From the IMG/VR virus record IMGVR_UViG_3300037180_000021, positions 1 to 64,000 of that record: DNA of 64,000 nucleotides. One strand, 5' to 3'. Positions 1 to 8,990 of this stretch are shown here, piece after piece. Numbering within the stretch: the stretch's first letter is position 1; every line of letters begins with the position of its first letter. The position numbers and the translations under genes were made by a program. This stretch comes from a virus. Under the pieces are notes generated by a model. It searched no databases and was not told the origin of the DNA. It was given only the letters and a program-made list of their open reading frames with translations.

Positions 1-337
1 AACGCGGCCACTCATCAGCGTTTTTGTTCCGCTTGGCGAGGTCAGAGTACGACTGGCACGGCGGCGAAGCGTGTACGGCATCAAACAAAGCGATAAACTT
101 CGGGTCTAGGGTAAGGGCGTCCGCTTGGATGAATGGCAGCGAGTAGTTCGGCTGATGATTTATGTCAACGCCGACAACCTCAAACCCGGCGCGGCTGTAG
201 CCGACCCCGGCTCCGCCGGCGCAGCAGAATAAATCGAGCAGTCGAGGTTTTCTTGGAACTGCGTGACCAGCGCGGGCGTGTTTCTTCTTCGCGGGTTTTG
301 CAGTCGGTCTGAATTTAAGATCGAGGGACATGGACAT
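1..337 (-). CDS. DNA (cytosine-5)-methyltransferase, N-terminal part (gene runs off the left edge)
   Basis: My own minus-strand translation from the ATG at 337: [98 protein letters not shown]. It has C5-MTase motif I (DLFxGxGG) and motif IV (PPCQ). It is absent from the ORF track because there is no stop inside the window. Confidence 0.8.
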   Translation of the reverse strand, partial: MSMSLDLKFRPTAKPAKKKHARAGHAVPRKPRLLDLFCCAGGAGVGYSRAGFEVVGVDINHQPNYSLPFIQADALTLDPKFIALFDAVHASPPCQSYSDLAKRNKNADEWPR

Positions 338-366
338 ACTCGTTCCAGTGACATTTGGCGACCCGA

Positions 367-1524
367 TCAAGATAGCGAACTCTTCAGCTTTCGCATTGAA
401 TCTTCACTTAGTAGAAAACTCACCGGCGCTCCGCCCATCACCACGCGCAATATCTTACCATGGCTAGTTTCCTCAATGCTTATCGAATCGGAATTAATGA
501 TTGGGCCGTCGCTGTCGGTATAAATACTCATCGCATGCATCAGAGCGCCAATAGCTTCCAATAATCGCCGCTCCTCGAAAGCAAGAGCAAATTCTTTCCC
601 ATTGAGTGAGGTGAATTTGACATAGCACATTTGTCTCCCGCCCATTCTAAATCCGTCAGTGCTTTCAATGGGGGTAATTGGAATTTTTTCCTCGCCATCG
701 AAGAAATATGGCATAGGGCCGTCGTTATTTATCGTCAGCATCGTAGTTATTGGAGATCGCACGCTTAGTGGCCAATCCTCGACTACTAGACTCCGCTCAC
801 CATTTGTCGTCGTGACATACGCGAGAGTGTGTGGAATCTCCAAGAGGCTCATAAAATCCTTGCGCGGAGGGCGCGCAGGTTGGGTGCCGAAGAAACGGTC
901 TTTTACATATTTGGCGCTCTGCCATGCCAGTATGTCCGCCGCTTGCAGCAAACACACCTTTTGCTTCGCTGCGAAGGAAATAGACGCAGATGTTGATTTC
1001 AATCTTTGTGCGATGTGCTTGTAGGCTCGGCCTCGGTTCTCGTGGCCGGTCTCAAAAAAGTATGCGATATCTCCCGAAAGCCGGTGAATTTCTAGAAAAG
1101 ACCTAAGAGCCGTAACACAGGTTGACACACAGGAACTGTATTCATCCGGTTCATCGTCCGACGCGGAAAAGTATTCAGCTTTAGTGAGCACCGAAAAGCC
1201 AGCCAATACTCCTCTTTTGATTAGATCGATGAGTTTTTTTGCTATTTCTATTCTTTCATCTTTGCTCTTCTCTTTGAAAACCCCGACGCCATGCGCACAA
1301 TCGACCATGTGAAAATAAGGGAGGCTGTGATCGCTCAGCACCTTGCGCCAGTCCACGTCCATTGTTTTCGCGGCATCGGAGGTAAAAAAATAGCCTGCAA
1401 CGCAGAAAATCTTCGGCCCTACATCGAAATCGCCGCTTTCGTCGAAATAGCCTTCATATGCGACCATAACAATACCCTGGCTCGGCAATAGGATATCGAC
1501 GAGCCTCGAAAAACCGGGGGTCAC
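367..1524 (-). CDS. DUF3800-like protein (AT-richer than the backbone)
   Basis: 385-aa ORF. N-terminal [11 protein letters not shown] resembles the DUF3800 signature (xxDESG). GTG start at 1524 overlaps the upstream stop; an alternative ATG is at 1467. Confidence 0.45.
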   Translation of the reverse strand: MTPGFSRLVDILLPSQGIVMVAYEGYFDESGDFDVGPKIFCVAGYFFTSDAAKTMDVDWRKVLSDHSLPYFHMVDCAHGVGVFKEKSKDERIEIAKKLIDLIKRGVLAGFSVLTKAEYFSASDDEPDEYSSCVSTCVTALRSFLEIHRLSGDIAYFFETGHENRGRAYKHIAQRLKSTSASISFAAKQKVCLLQAADILAWQSAKYVKDRFFGTQPARPPRKDFMSLLEIPHTLAYVTTTNGERSLVVEDWPLSVRSPITTMLTINNDGPMPYFFDGEEKIPITPIESTDGFRMGGRQMCYVKFTSLNGKEFALAFEERRLLEAIGALMHAMSIYTDSDGPIINSDSISIEETSHGKILRVVMGGAPVSFLLSEDSMRKLKSSLS

Positions 1525-1781
1525 GAATCAAGCCCCTGCAGGGCGTCGTGCGCAGTGTCGGCCACTTGCTCAAATGCTTTGTTAGCTCCTAACTGATGTG
1601 CCTTGTCGCAATCATCTCCAAGAGAGGGGGCTATCAAGGTCATGCCCCGCATTGCGGAGATAAATTCCAGCGCCGCCCGCAGCCGACTAATCTCAACATA
1701 AAGTTCCCAACGTGTGAGGCGCGTGATACCAATTGCAATCATTTCTGCTTCTATCGCTGAGTAATCCGGCGTCGCGGTCAT
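1521..1781 (-). CDS. hypothetical protein
   Basis: 86-aa ORF, start/stop-coupled to both neighbours in a minus-strand operon. Confidence 0.5.
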   Translation of the reverse strand: MTATPDYSAIEAEMIAIGITRLTRWELYVEISRLRAALEFISAMRGMTLIAPSLGDDCDKAHQLGANKAFEQVADTAHDALQGLDS

Positions 1782-1963
1782 GAGGCATCCTCGTCGTTCT
1801 TTAGAGAGCGGTACCGCCTCCAGTGCGCAGCTTCCTCCTCAATGTCCTGCATCTCCGTCTCTGGATCGCGCGGGCCGCGCCGCCACATGACAACTAGTAC
1901 CGATACGTTGATCGCGAGCATCGCTGCGATGATGATGATGATTGTGTCTAAGGCTGTCACCAT
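1778..1963 (-). CDS. small single-pass membrane protein
   Basis: Internal start MVTALDTIIIIIAAMLAINVSVLVVMW chosen so that the overlap with the GcrA-like stop is only 7 nt. One hydrophobic helix. Confidence 0.4.
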   Translation of the reverse strand: MVTALDTIIIIIAAMLAINVSVLVVMWRRGPRDPETEMQDIEEEAAHWRRYRSLKNDEDAS

Positions 1964-2409
1964 TGTTTCCCCCTGGTATAAGATTTCGCCACATGAGCGG
2001 CACAGTATGGAAAGTGATCTACGGATCGACACCCACAGAAAAGAAAAGTGCCATGCTCATCTTTGCCGACGGGCCAGCGGCACTGGTTGAGATCCAGATC
2101 AACGATAGTTGCCGCCGGCCTCCGTTGGGTCATGGCGCGCGGCGTGTTCCACTGGAATGAGCTGTCGAGGACCCTGGTCTGGCGATCAGAGGGCGGCGGC
2201 GTCCTGCGCTGTGGCGGCTCGACCGTGTACGCCTCTCTGGTTTCAGGGTTCAGCCGTAGGCCGAGGCGGTGACACTTGCCACTGACCACATTGCGCGTGA
2301 CACTCACACCCAGCTCACCGGTCAAGATGCGCACAATTTCTCCACGCGTCTTACCTTCCGCATGCAACGCCTTGAGGCGTTCGATGACCTTCTCCGTCCA
2401 GTTAATCAT
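1957..2409 (-). CDS. gcrA: GcrA-like cell-cycle regulator homologue
   Basis: N-terminal WTEKVIERLKALHAEGKTRGEIVRILTGELGVSVTRNVVSGKCHRLGL and C-terminal CRWPVG...FCG...PYCAAHVAKSY match the two conserved GcrA segments. Confidence 0.8.
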   Translation of the reverse strand: MINWTEKVIERLKALHAEGKTRGEIVRILTGELGVSVTRNVVSGKCHRLGLRLNPETREAYTVEPPQRRTPPPSDRQTRVLDSSFQWNTPRAMTQRRPAATIVDLDLNQCRWPVGKDEHGTFLFCGCRSVDHFPYCAAHVAKSYTRGKQW

Positions 2410-2636
2410 CTGCTCAACTCCCTGTCGATCCTCGTCACCAACCGCCTGGCCCTGGCGTAGAGACTGGCGGCGACGTCGCCTCGGGGACGGTCCTGCTCCA
2501 GCATCACGCGGTCGCTGAGGTTGTTGATCTCCACCAACAGCCGACGGCTGGCTGACAGCAGACGGACGTAGCGGTCGTAGCGGGCCCAGTACCGGGTCAT
2601 TGTTTGCGCACGCGGCCCTCGCTGTCGCGGAACCAC
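2406..2636 (-). CDS. hypothetical protein
   Basis: 76-aa ORF coupled to the downstream gene. Confidence 0.35.
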   Translation of the reverse strand: MVPRQRGPRAQTMTRYWARYDRYVRLLSASRRLLVEINNLSDRVMLEQDRPRGDVAASLYARARRLVTRIDRELSR

Positions 2637-2679
2637 CAGTAGCCGAGCTGGTGGAACGGGTTCGAGTCGCTCACGCCAA

Positions 2680-2931
2680 TTAATCCTTAATTGTGTTGAG
2701 CTTATCTTTTAAAGCAGAAATCTCATCTTCAGCATGATTCAGATTAGCTATTGTGTCTTTTAATTCATCTTTTAAAGTCCGCATATCTTCTTCATAGTTA
2801 TGGAGTGCTCTGATAAAGTCAGCCTGCAACGTTGGCCAACCATTTGTAATATGCGCCACCAGATAACCGTTGAACTCGATCTCGTTACCAATGACTCGGA
2901 TTTCCATTTCATCCTCCTTTACACAAGCCAT
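2680..2931 (-). CDS. hypothetical coiled-coil protein (AT-rich)
   Basis: 83-aa ORF with a charged helical C-terminus. Overlaps the SNF2 stop by 13 nt. Confidence 0.45.
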   Translation of the reverse strand: MACVKEDEMEIRVIGNEIEFNGYLVAHITNGWPTLQADFIRALHNYEEDMRTLKDELKDTIANLNHAEDEISALKDKLNTIKD

Positions 2932-4316
2932 TCCCGGTAGTTGTCACCAGTGATGGCAGTCGCCATGTCAATCTTGTTGCGTAGCGCATTTAAAATTTCT
3001 TCTTCAACTGTGCCAGGAACAATCAGATCGACATATAACATCGATTGGGTCTTACCGACCGCCAGTGTACGACTCTCGGCCTGCATGCGATGTTCGAGAT
3101 TGTTGGTTGAGGAATAGAACACTTCCATGCTGGCGCAGTCCCAGGTACGCCCCAAGCCACCGGCGGCAGCCGTCGCCACCATGAATCGGCAATTTGCATC
3201 AGTCTTGAAACGTGCCTCTTCAACTTCGCGGGTTTCGTAACCACCCCAGAACCGGGCAGCAGAGCCTTCGCCAAATTCCTTGATGATTGATGCGGTAATC
3301 TTCTGAACGTCGGCGACATAGCTACAGAAGATCACTGCCTTCTCGCTGGTCTCATTGAGCAGTTCAAGCAGTGTAGCAATGCGGTGCTCGCCAAGGTCAT
3401 GCGTCACGTCATTCTCATCGACGGCGCGTCCCATCAGGACCTGATGCATCCGTAGGATCTGCACGATCACCATGCCGGCGGTGACGTGATCGGAGCTTTC
3501 CAGCTCAGCCGTGGCGTGCTTCTTTAGATCCTTATAAACGCGTTTTTGTTCATCAGTTAGCTTCACTTCGCGCACCATGTAGGTGCTGGTTGGTAGATCG
3601 GTGCACTCGCTGAGCAGGACGCGGAATGAATGTGGAGCAATCTTGCGCTGCAGCTCCTCGGTGTTTCTGTAGCCGACGACGATCTCGACTGAGCGATTAC
3701 CAACTGGGATTTTTTTCAGGATTGCATAGCGTTTCCTGAACACAAAATAATTTGGGTAGTTAAGGATTGCCGGGTCGAGAAAGTACATCTGTGCGTAGAG
3801 GTCGAAGGGGGATCGGGGAGTAGGGAGGCCGGATAATATCCGGCGATAAGCCGCGCGAGGGGCGAGACTGAGAGTAATGAATTGAGTGCGCTTGGCGGAA
3901 TGGCTTTTGATGATTGTGCTTTCGTCGATAACGAGCATGACCTTTCGGCGCTGCTCCATGAAATCAACACAGAGATTTTGCGCGTCCTCGACCGACGATA
4001 ATGTTTCGACGTTCATCAGCAGGACACGGCATCCCTTATGTTTCAGGAATGGGGTAACATCGGCGCGTTCGCTGCTGACCCAGGTGTAGACCAGCGGCAT
4101 CTCGACGGCGTCGTCATGCAGCGCCTGCCCCCAGACGCGATAGACCGAAGCCGGAGCAATCACGAGCAAGTCAGGACAATCCGGTCGACGCTGCCAATCA
4201 TCGATGATAACCTTCGTCTTACCGGTACGCATTTCCATGAAAAGGGCAAAAGCCTTTTTCCCGGATATCAGGGATAAGGCTTCCGCCTGCTTCTCTCTTG
4301 GTTTACGTTTCAACAT
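2919..4316 (-). CDS. SNF2-family DNA helicase/ATPase
   Basis: Walker A-like MEMRTGKT, DExx box VIDESTIIK, and a C-terminal helicase lobe (ATAAAGGLGRTW, QAESR). Confidence 0.85.
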   Translation of the reverse strand: MLKRKPREKQAEALSLISGKKAFALFMEMRTGKTKVIIDDWQRRPDCPDLLVIAPASVYRVWGQALHDDAVEMPLVYTWVSSERADVTPFLKHKGCRVLLMNVETLSSVEDAQNLCVDFMEQRRKVMLVIDESTIIKSHSAKRTQFITLSLAPRAAYRRILSGLPTPRSPFDLYAQMYFLDPAILNYPNYFVFRKRYAILKKIPVGNRSVEIVVGYRNTEELQRKIAPHSFRVLLSECTDLPTSTYMVREVKLTDEQKRVYKDLKKHATAELESSDHVTAGMVIVQILRMHQVLMGRAVDENDVTHDLGEHRIATLLELLNETSEKAVIFCSYVADVQKITASIIKEFGEGSAARFWGGYETREVEEARFKTDANCRFMVATAAAGGLGRTWDCASMEVFYSSTNNLEHRMQAESRTLAVGKTQSMLYVDLIVPGTVEEEILNALRNKIDMATAITGDNYREWLV

Positions 4317-4351
4317 GTGCCTTTAGATTTACCTGCGATCGTGGACGTCTG

Positions 4352-4615
4352 TCAAGGCGCTTTACCTTCACTTATCCAGTATTGGCTTTCCCGCGGTCCT
4401 TGATAGCCAAGACTTTTCAATTCGAAGTTTTCGCCATTGGCTTTTATTTTTTCGTCGAGCTTACGCAGGAGGAAAGTCATCGCCTCCAATGCATGCTTCG
4501 GCGTTTGGTTACGGTAGAACACCCTGATCAGAGCCTTCGTCTTGAACCTGCCACCACCGTGGAAAATGGCGAGCAGCTGCAGCTGACTAGGACTGTACGG
4601 CTTTAACTTTTTCAT
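4352..4615 (-). CDS. hypothetical protein
   Basis: Start MKKLKPYSPSQ is preceded by GAGGAGAG. The longer ORF-track start would run through the upstream terminator hairpin. Confidence 0.5.
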   Translation of the reverse strand: MKKLKPYSPSQLQLLAIFHGGGRFKTKALIRVFYRNQTPKHALEAMTFLLRKLDEKIKANGENFELKSLGYQGPRESQYWISEGKAP

Positions 4616-4637
4616 ATGTCTCTCCTCTTCACAAACG

Positions 4638-4678
4638 AAAAAAGCGGGGTACCCGCGGAACGTCCACGGGTACCCCGC
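4638..4678 (-). terminator. rho-independent terminator
   Basis: Minus strand reads GCGGGGTACCCG-loop-CGGGTACCCCGC followed by TTTTTT, downstream of the 4876..5169 gene. Confidence 0.7.
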
Positions 4679-4875
4679 TGTCAAGTTAGAAGGCCATTTC
4701 CATGACGCGGACGGAAGCCCGGTCGAGGACAACACGATCGTCGGCATTAGGAAGATCATGAGCGATCTCCGTTAAGCCGCCGGCTTAGAGCGCGCCCGGC
4801 CAGGAAGTGACCAACACCGAAACGATGACGAAGGTTGTCATCATTAGGGCGCTGGTCAGCAGTGTCAGGCGTAAT

Positions 4876-5169
4876 TCACACATACTCTTTAGCCTGTACC
4901 CGCGCGGCGACGCGAACCGTCGTCACGGGAGTAGTACGGGTATGAGCACGAATAAACTGAGACGTAAGCTTTTCGCGAACGGCTTCCATGTCCAAAGTTT
5001 CACGTTCGGAAAAGGATACCGTCGCCCGGAACAGATCACCTTCGTGCGAGCCTTCACCAAGCTCCACGATCTGCTCTTTCAGCTCCTTTTCCCGGCGGGC
5101 AAGATCTGCCAGCTGAGCCTTGACCCGGCCAAGGTCGTCGATCAGCGGCCGAATGTTTTCATGTACCAT
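4876..5169 (-). CDS. hypothetical coiled-coil protein
   Basis: 97-aa ORF with AGAGGAGAG before the ATG. The overlapping plus ORF 4807..5271 looks like an antisense artefact. Confidence 0.55.
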   Translation of the reverse strand: MVHENIRPLIDDLGRVKAQLADLARREKELKEQIVELGEGSHEGDLFRATVSFSERETLDMEAVREKLTSQFIRAHTRTTPVTTVRVAARVQAKEYV

Positions 5170-5395
5170 GTTTCTCTCCTCTTGAAGTTCAAGCTGAACT
5201 TCGTGACGCGCCGGTCAAGCCGGCGCGCTTCGAAGATCAGGTGCGAGGCAAGTGTTGGCTTCCATGAGTAATATAGGGGGTGGTAAAGCAAAATGCAATA
5301 GGGCATTTATCATAGCTTTTTCAACAAGTTGCCGCCTCCGGGATAAACCGAAGGCGGCTAAAGGCTTTACTTTAAGAAGTGCTCTTCTAAGGCGT

Positions 5396-5998
5396 CATGC
5401 TTATCCGGTTGCCACACACAGCTCTACATCTTGTGTTCACGGCACTCTCCGAAAAGTGGAGCGGTCGCCTCGGGTTGCACAAGGCTCGCACGGCGTGGAA
5501 GCCGCTCGTCCAATGGACCGGCCGCAGAAAGGAATTGCTTGAACGGGACGCCGCCGGGTTCGCGGTACTCCGCCCACGGCAATTTGCGCAGGACCGTCTC
5601 GTCTTGGGCGCGGAGGATTGCTGGACGCGCGGCATCGCGCCGCAGCGGGAAAATCCACCAATCCTTGACCGCCTCTTGTCGACCCTCAGACCATGACCCA
5701 TTGCCCGTAGGCGGCGGTCGCAGCCGATGCCATGTCGGAGCCCACCACCAATTACAGGCGCGGTAGAGCGCTCCTGTGTGGCCTCGCGAGGGATCAGAAT
5801 AGGGGGCCCCGGAATACGACGCGCGGTAGGTGTTGCAATGATGATCGCTCCGAAATTGTCCTGCCACGCAACGCCACGGCTGATCGGCCCGAGATAGTGG
5901 TTCTCAGTGAGCAGTCCAGCAACCGATTTGCACGTTGTCCAGGTCATCTACATCTAGTGGGTTTCAGATTTTATGTGTGCGGCAACCGGATAAGCATA
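5396..5998. mobile_element. non-autonomous (MITE-like) element sharing the ends of the IS at 30289..32541; no target-site duplication seen
   Basis: Left end CATGCTTATCCGGTTGCCACACACA. Reverse complement of the right end TATGCTTATCCGGTTGCCGCACACA. Flanks TAAGGCGT and AAAATTTC do not match. Confidence 0.6.
5424..5947 (-). pseudogene. frameshifted Mom/GNAT-like gene carried inside the MITE-like element
   Basis: Frame a: MTWTTCKSVAGLLTENHYLGPISRGVAWQDNFGAIIIATPTARRI. Frame b continues APYSDPSRGHTGALYRACNWWWAPTWH. The two frames meet at a GGGGCCCCC run near 5805-5815. The HYLG and GxxYxAxNW motifs recall Mom-like proteins (from memory). Confidence 0.35.
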
Positions 5999-6362
5999 AA
6001 AATTTCACTTCTTTCCAATTCCATTTGGTCGGTCCGTAAACGCCGTCCGGCTTGCCGTCGACGCGCCCGGACGCCAAGGCTCCTGGGATCATGTACAGCT
6101 CATCGACGGCTTTATTCTTGCGCCGGACGGCGACGAAACTGCGACTGCCGAAGCGGGCCAGCGCCTGATGAAATGCAATCTGAAAGGGACTAATGCGATA
6201 AGTCAGTGTCTTGGTGAATTTATATTCAAGCCATCCGGAAGAGCCTCCTCGAAAGCAGTACCAACTGTCGGGGATGCCGGCGCCAGTGCTGCCGCTTTCT
6301 ATGCTGACCCACATTGCCTCGGGAATATTTTTTCTAAACAGCTTGCGAAGATCTCCGTCCAT
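5964..6362 (-). CDS. VRR-NUC-type nuclease, C-terminus replaced by MITE sequence
   Basis: GAGIPDSWYCFRGGSSGWLEYKFTK...SPFQIAFHQALARFG fits the VRR-NUC pattern G.PD....G...E.K....Q. The last 12 codons (LCLSGCRTHKI-stop) are encoded by the right inverted repeat of the element at 5396..5998. Confidence 0.6.
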   Translation of the reverse strand: MDGDLRKLFRKNIPEAMWVSIESGSTGAGIPDSWYCFRGGSSGWLEYKFTKTLTYRISPFQIAFHQALARFGSRSFVAVRRKNKAVDELYMIPGALASGRVDGKPDGVYGPTKWNWKEVKFLCLSGCRTHKI

Positions 6363-6516
6363 TTGTTCTTCTCTGAATTTCGCGGTCCACGAAGCGGCGG
6401 AGGGTCTCGGCGATGCTGATTTTTTCTTGCACGGCATAAGCTACGACCTCCTTCTGCGTTTCAGGATCGATCCGACATTGCAGCGCTCGAGTGATGGCGT
6501 TGTATTTCTCGCACAT
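6334..6516 (-). CDS. small ribbon-helix-helix-like protein
   Basis: 60-aa ORF. KEVVAYAVQEKISIAETLRRFVDREI resembles CopG/Arc-type folds. Confidence 0.35.
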   Translation of the reverse strand: MCEKYNAITRALQCRIDPETQKEVVAYAVQEKISIAETLRRFVDREIQRRTNGRRSSQAV

Positions 6517-6824
6517 CAGATCTGTTCCTTGACAATCTTATTCAAGGCTACGCCGAGCGGACCGCTCATACTGCCGTCGGCATTTCGCGTCATCGATCGC
6601 AATAAGACTTTTGGGCTGGCGCCAAACTGTAAGGCAATCGAAGCGGCGATAGCTGCATCTCTGGCGTTGACGTCGAGATCAGACCCGGCTTTCGATGATG
6701 ACAAGAAAATTTCCATTGGTTCATTCTTGTAATGACCGACGCCTAACGTGTACTTGACGTCATTGTGTATGAAGTCGAGGACGAGATGTGATCGCCGCTG
6801 CGGTAAGTCGGTACGCTCACTCAT
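6516..6824 (-). CDS. hypothetical protein
   Basis: 102-aa ORF in a start/stop-coupled chain. Confidence 0.5.
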   Translation of the reverse strand: MSERTDLPQRRSHLVLDFIHNDVKYTLGVGHYKNEPMEIFLSSSKAGSDLDVNARDAAIAASIALQFGASPKVLLRSMTRNADGSMSGPLGVALNKIVKEQI

Positions 6825-6943
6825 TTCTTCTTCCTAATCCACATGTCTATAGCTCTGATCATCTGGCGGCGTTTCTCTGCCCCACGTTTTTTCCTATTGC
6901 TGCGCAAATCTTCACGGACTTCTTTCATTTCGGCCACGGTCAT
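6821..6943 (-). CDS. hypothetical small basic protein (40 aa)
   Basis: My translation: MTVAEMKEVREDLRSNRKKRGAEKRRQMIRAIDMWIRKKK. ATGA overlap with the next gene. Below the ORF-track size cut-off. Confidence 0.3.
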   Translation of the reverse strand: MTVAEMKEVREDLRSNRKKRGAEKRRQMIRAIDMWIRKKK

Positions 6944-6959
6944 TTCAAACAGACGAAAA

Positions 6960-7120
6960 TTATCCACGGCTATTCAACTCCTGAATTCGCGCCTTTGCAT
7001 GTATATGATCAATCAAAGTTTGAATTTCATGGTAAGTCATCGACCATGCCGAATGTTCCCGAGCCATCTGCTCGATTTTATTAGCGAGATCACGTAAATC
7101 TTCCCAAGTATTAATTTGAA
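6960..7120 (-). CDS. small helical protein whose 5' end abuts the IS insertion
   Basis: ORF-track entry 6960..7169, but codons upstream of 7120 are IS-derived. The native part reads QINTWEDLRDLANKIEQMAREHSAWSMTYHEIQTLIDHIHAKARIQELNSRG. Confidence 0.3.
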
Positions 7121-7134
7121 CGGACCTGTACGCT

Positions 7135-8043
7135 TTAAGGCTTGATCGCAAGATGCAGCACTCCATCAAGATCGCAGCCGACGTTCCGCAGATTGTAGCG
7201 GTACGCCAACTCTTTCAGATAGAGCGGCAGATACTTGACGTTCACCGAATGGAATTGGCCAACAAAGACGCGCTTCACGATGGCCCAGAAACTCTCAATC
7301 GTGTTGGTATGCGTCGGGCCGAATTGTTCAGCGAACATGTCCCAATCGACATAGACAACGCTGTGGTTGATGACGCGGTGCGCCACGATGTTATTGAGCC
7401 GGTTGTAGCCGAGATATTCGTCCGTCGTCAGAACGGTGTGCGGCAGGTCAATAGTCTCGCGCGTGAAGGCTTCCATGTCGTCACCGGTCATTTCGTCATG
7501 GGCAACCATCTTCGTCTTGACGCGGCCGCCGCGCTCGACGGCGCCGACGATAGGCGTCTTGCTGGTCGCGCGACCGCGTGGCGACCGCGTGTCGTCATCG
7601 CGTCGGTTGCGCTTGCGGGGCTTCCCGCCGATGTACGCTTCGTCCATTTCGACCAGCCCGGACAGCAAGCGGCCGTCATCCTGCATCGCCCCGCGAATCC
7701 GGTGCATCATCGACCAGACGGTGGGACGCCTCATTTCCAGGTCGCGCGCCGCTTGCATCGCCGAAAGCCCCTTCTTGGCGTTCAGCATGAGCGTGATGAG
7801 CAGGAACCATCGTTGAAGATCGACGTGGCTGTTGTGGAAGATCGTGCCCACGGTCGCGCTAAACGATTTGCGGCACCCCCAGCATTGCCAGCGGTCGGCT
7901 TGGCCCTTTTCGGCGTGCCGTGCCGTGTTGGTCGAGCCGCACAGCGGGCACTCCGGGCCGTGCGGCCAGCGGACCTGTTCCAAGTGAGCGACCGCCGCCT
8001 CCTTTGTCGGGAAGCGGCGGTAGATTTCGATGAGGCTGGTCAT
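7135..8043 (-). CDS. IS1595-family DDE transposase
   Basis: N-terminal Zn-ribbon CPLCGSTNTARH...WQCWGCRKSF, then FHNSHVDLQRWFLLITLML and an ISXO2-like DDE region. Confidence 0.85.
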   Translation of the reverse strand: MTSLIEIYRRFPTKEAAVAHLEQVRWPHGPECPLCGSTNTARHAEKGQADRWQCWGCRKSFSATVGTIFHNSHVDLQRWFLLITLMLNAKKGLSAMQAARDLEMRRPTVWSMMHRIRGAMQDDGRLLSGLVEMDEAYIGGKPRKRNRRDDDTRSPRGRATSKTPIVGAVERGGRVKTKMVAHDEMTGDDMEAFTRETIDLPHTVLTTDEYLGYNRLNNIVAHRVINHSVVYVDWDMFAEQFGPTHTNTIESFWAIVKRVFVGQFHSVNVKYLPLYLKELAYRYNLRNVGCDLDGVLHLAIKP

Positions 8044-8046
8044 GGC

Positions 8047-8514
8047 TCAGGCTGCCTCATCCGAGCCGCGTACAACTGCGGTCATGCCAAACCCCAGAAT
8101 CATGCGGACAGCAGGCGCAACGCCGGGGCCTTCGCCTTTGTATTCCTTCGGAGGAGGTCCAACGATGACCTCGAAGGTGTTTTCTTCCGGCGTGCGCTCA
8201 ATCATCGGCATCTGTTCGCCGCTCGGCTCTTTTGTGAATTTCTTACGTCCGCCGCCGCGCAACCCCGTCGCTTGGAGCCATTCGTCTTTGTCGATGGTGT
8301 AGCAGCCCGGCCCTGTATTGGGGTGCGTATGGGGGATGTTGCCCCCCTCGTGCGAATGGCTGAAATGCGAGGTCGTTTTTTGCGTCGCCCGGATGAACAT
8401 TCCGTGCGAACGCGGGCCGGAAACAAAGACGTGCTCGTGAACCTCGAAACGGCCCGGTTTCTTGCCCTTCTTGCCAAATTCCATCGAAATCTGCTCGTTT
8501 TCCTGATTTGCCAT
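8047..8514 (-). CDS. IS passenger protein, His-rich, unknown function
   Basis: Start MANQENEQISMEF is preceded by GGGAGAG. Contains HFSHSHEGGNIPHTHPNTGPG. The stop is 1 nt upstream of the transposase ATG. Confidence 0.5.
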   Translation of the reverse strand: MANQENEQISMEFGKKGKKPGRFEVHEHVFVSGPRSHGMFIRATQKTTSHFSHSHEGGNIPHTHPNTGPGCYTIDKDEWLQATGLRGGGRKKFTKEPSGEQMPMIERTPEENTFEVIVGPPPKEYKGEGPGVAPAVRMILGFGMTAVVRGSDEAA

Positions 8515-8762
8515 GTCACTCTCCCTGTAGGCACTCTGGCCCCGCAATATGGCAAATATAGGCGTTCCACATATAGCTGTCAAGCCTTAAAGCGTACAGG
8601 TCCGAATTTGAACATCCCCGAATCCCGGAGGAGAGAAAGCCAACAGGACCCGGGGTGCCCAATTCCGACGCCGAACGCGACGCAGAACGAGCCTACGCTG
8701 CCATGAGAAAGATAAAGCAGCAAGGGTAAAGGATTTAGGTAAAGTGCTTGACAACTTTCATG

Positions 8763-8990
8763 GAGCGAGCCGTGATGCTTGAGAGTACCGTGCCTCTGGA
8801 ACGTTCAATAAGCCCTGTGAGAGTACCGAAGAAAAAGAGCTAGCCATAATCGAAGAGTGTTCCGCAACATATGAGTGAGCCTTATTTGATGAGAGGTACC
8901 GGAAAACGCGAGCGAATCGTATTGTTGGAGAGTACCAAAGAACAAGAGTGAGCCGCTATCCTGGAGAGTATCAACGCCGATGAGTGTTTT
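8763..8990. repeat. six tandem ~36-38-bp units with two alternating boxes (iteron-like array)
   Basis: Box A GAG(C/T)GAGCC at 8763, 8837, 8873, 8910, 8946 and 8982. Box B GAGAGTACC at 8781, 8819, 8891, 8928 and 8964, plus a degenerate copy at 8855. The region is non-coding and lies directly upstream of the DNA polymerase gene. Confidence 0.7.

Larger units (their letters stand above)
7121..8604. mobile_element. IS1595-family insertion sequence with one passenger gene
   Basis: Perfect 25-bp terminal inverted repeats CGGACCTGTACGCTTTAAGGCTTGA (7121-7145 and reverse complement 8580-8604). Flanked by a perfect 8-bp direct repeat AATTTGAA (7113-7120 and 8605-8612). Confidence 0.9.

Noticed and set aside
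8763-8990. Possible CRISPR array, because of regular ~36-bp spacing.
   Set aside because: The units are contiguous degenerate repeats with two short boxes, not conserved repeats separated by unique spacers. No cas genes are present.
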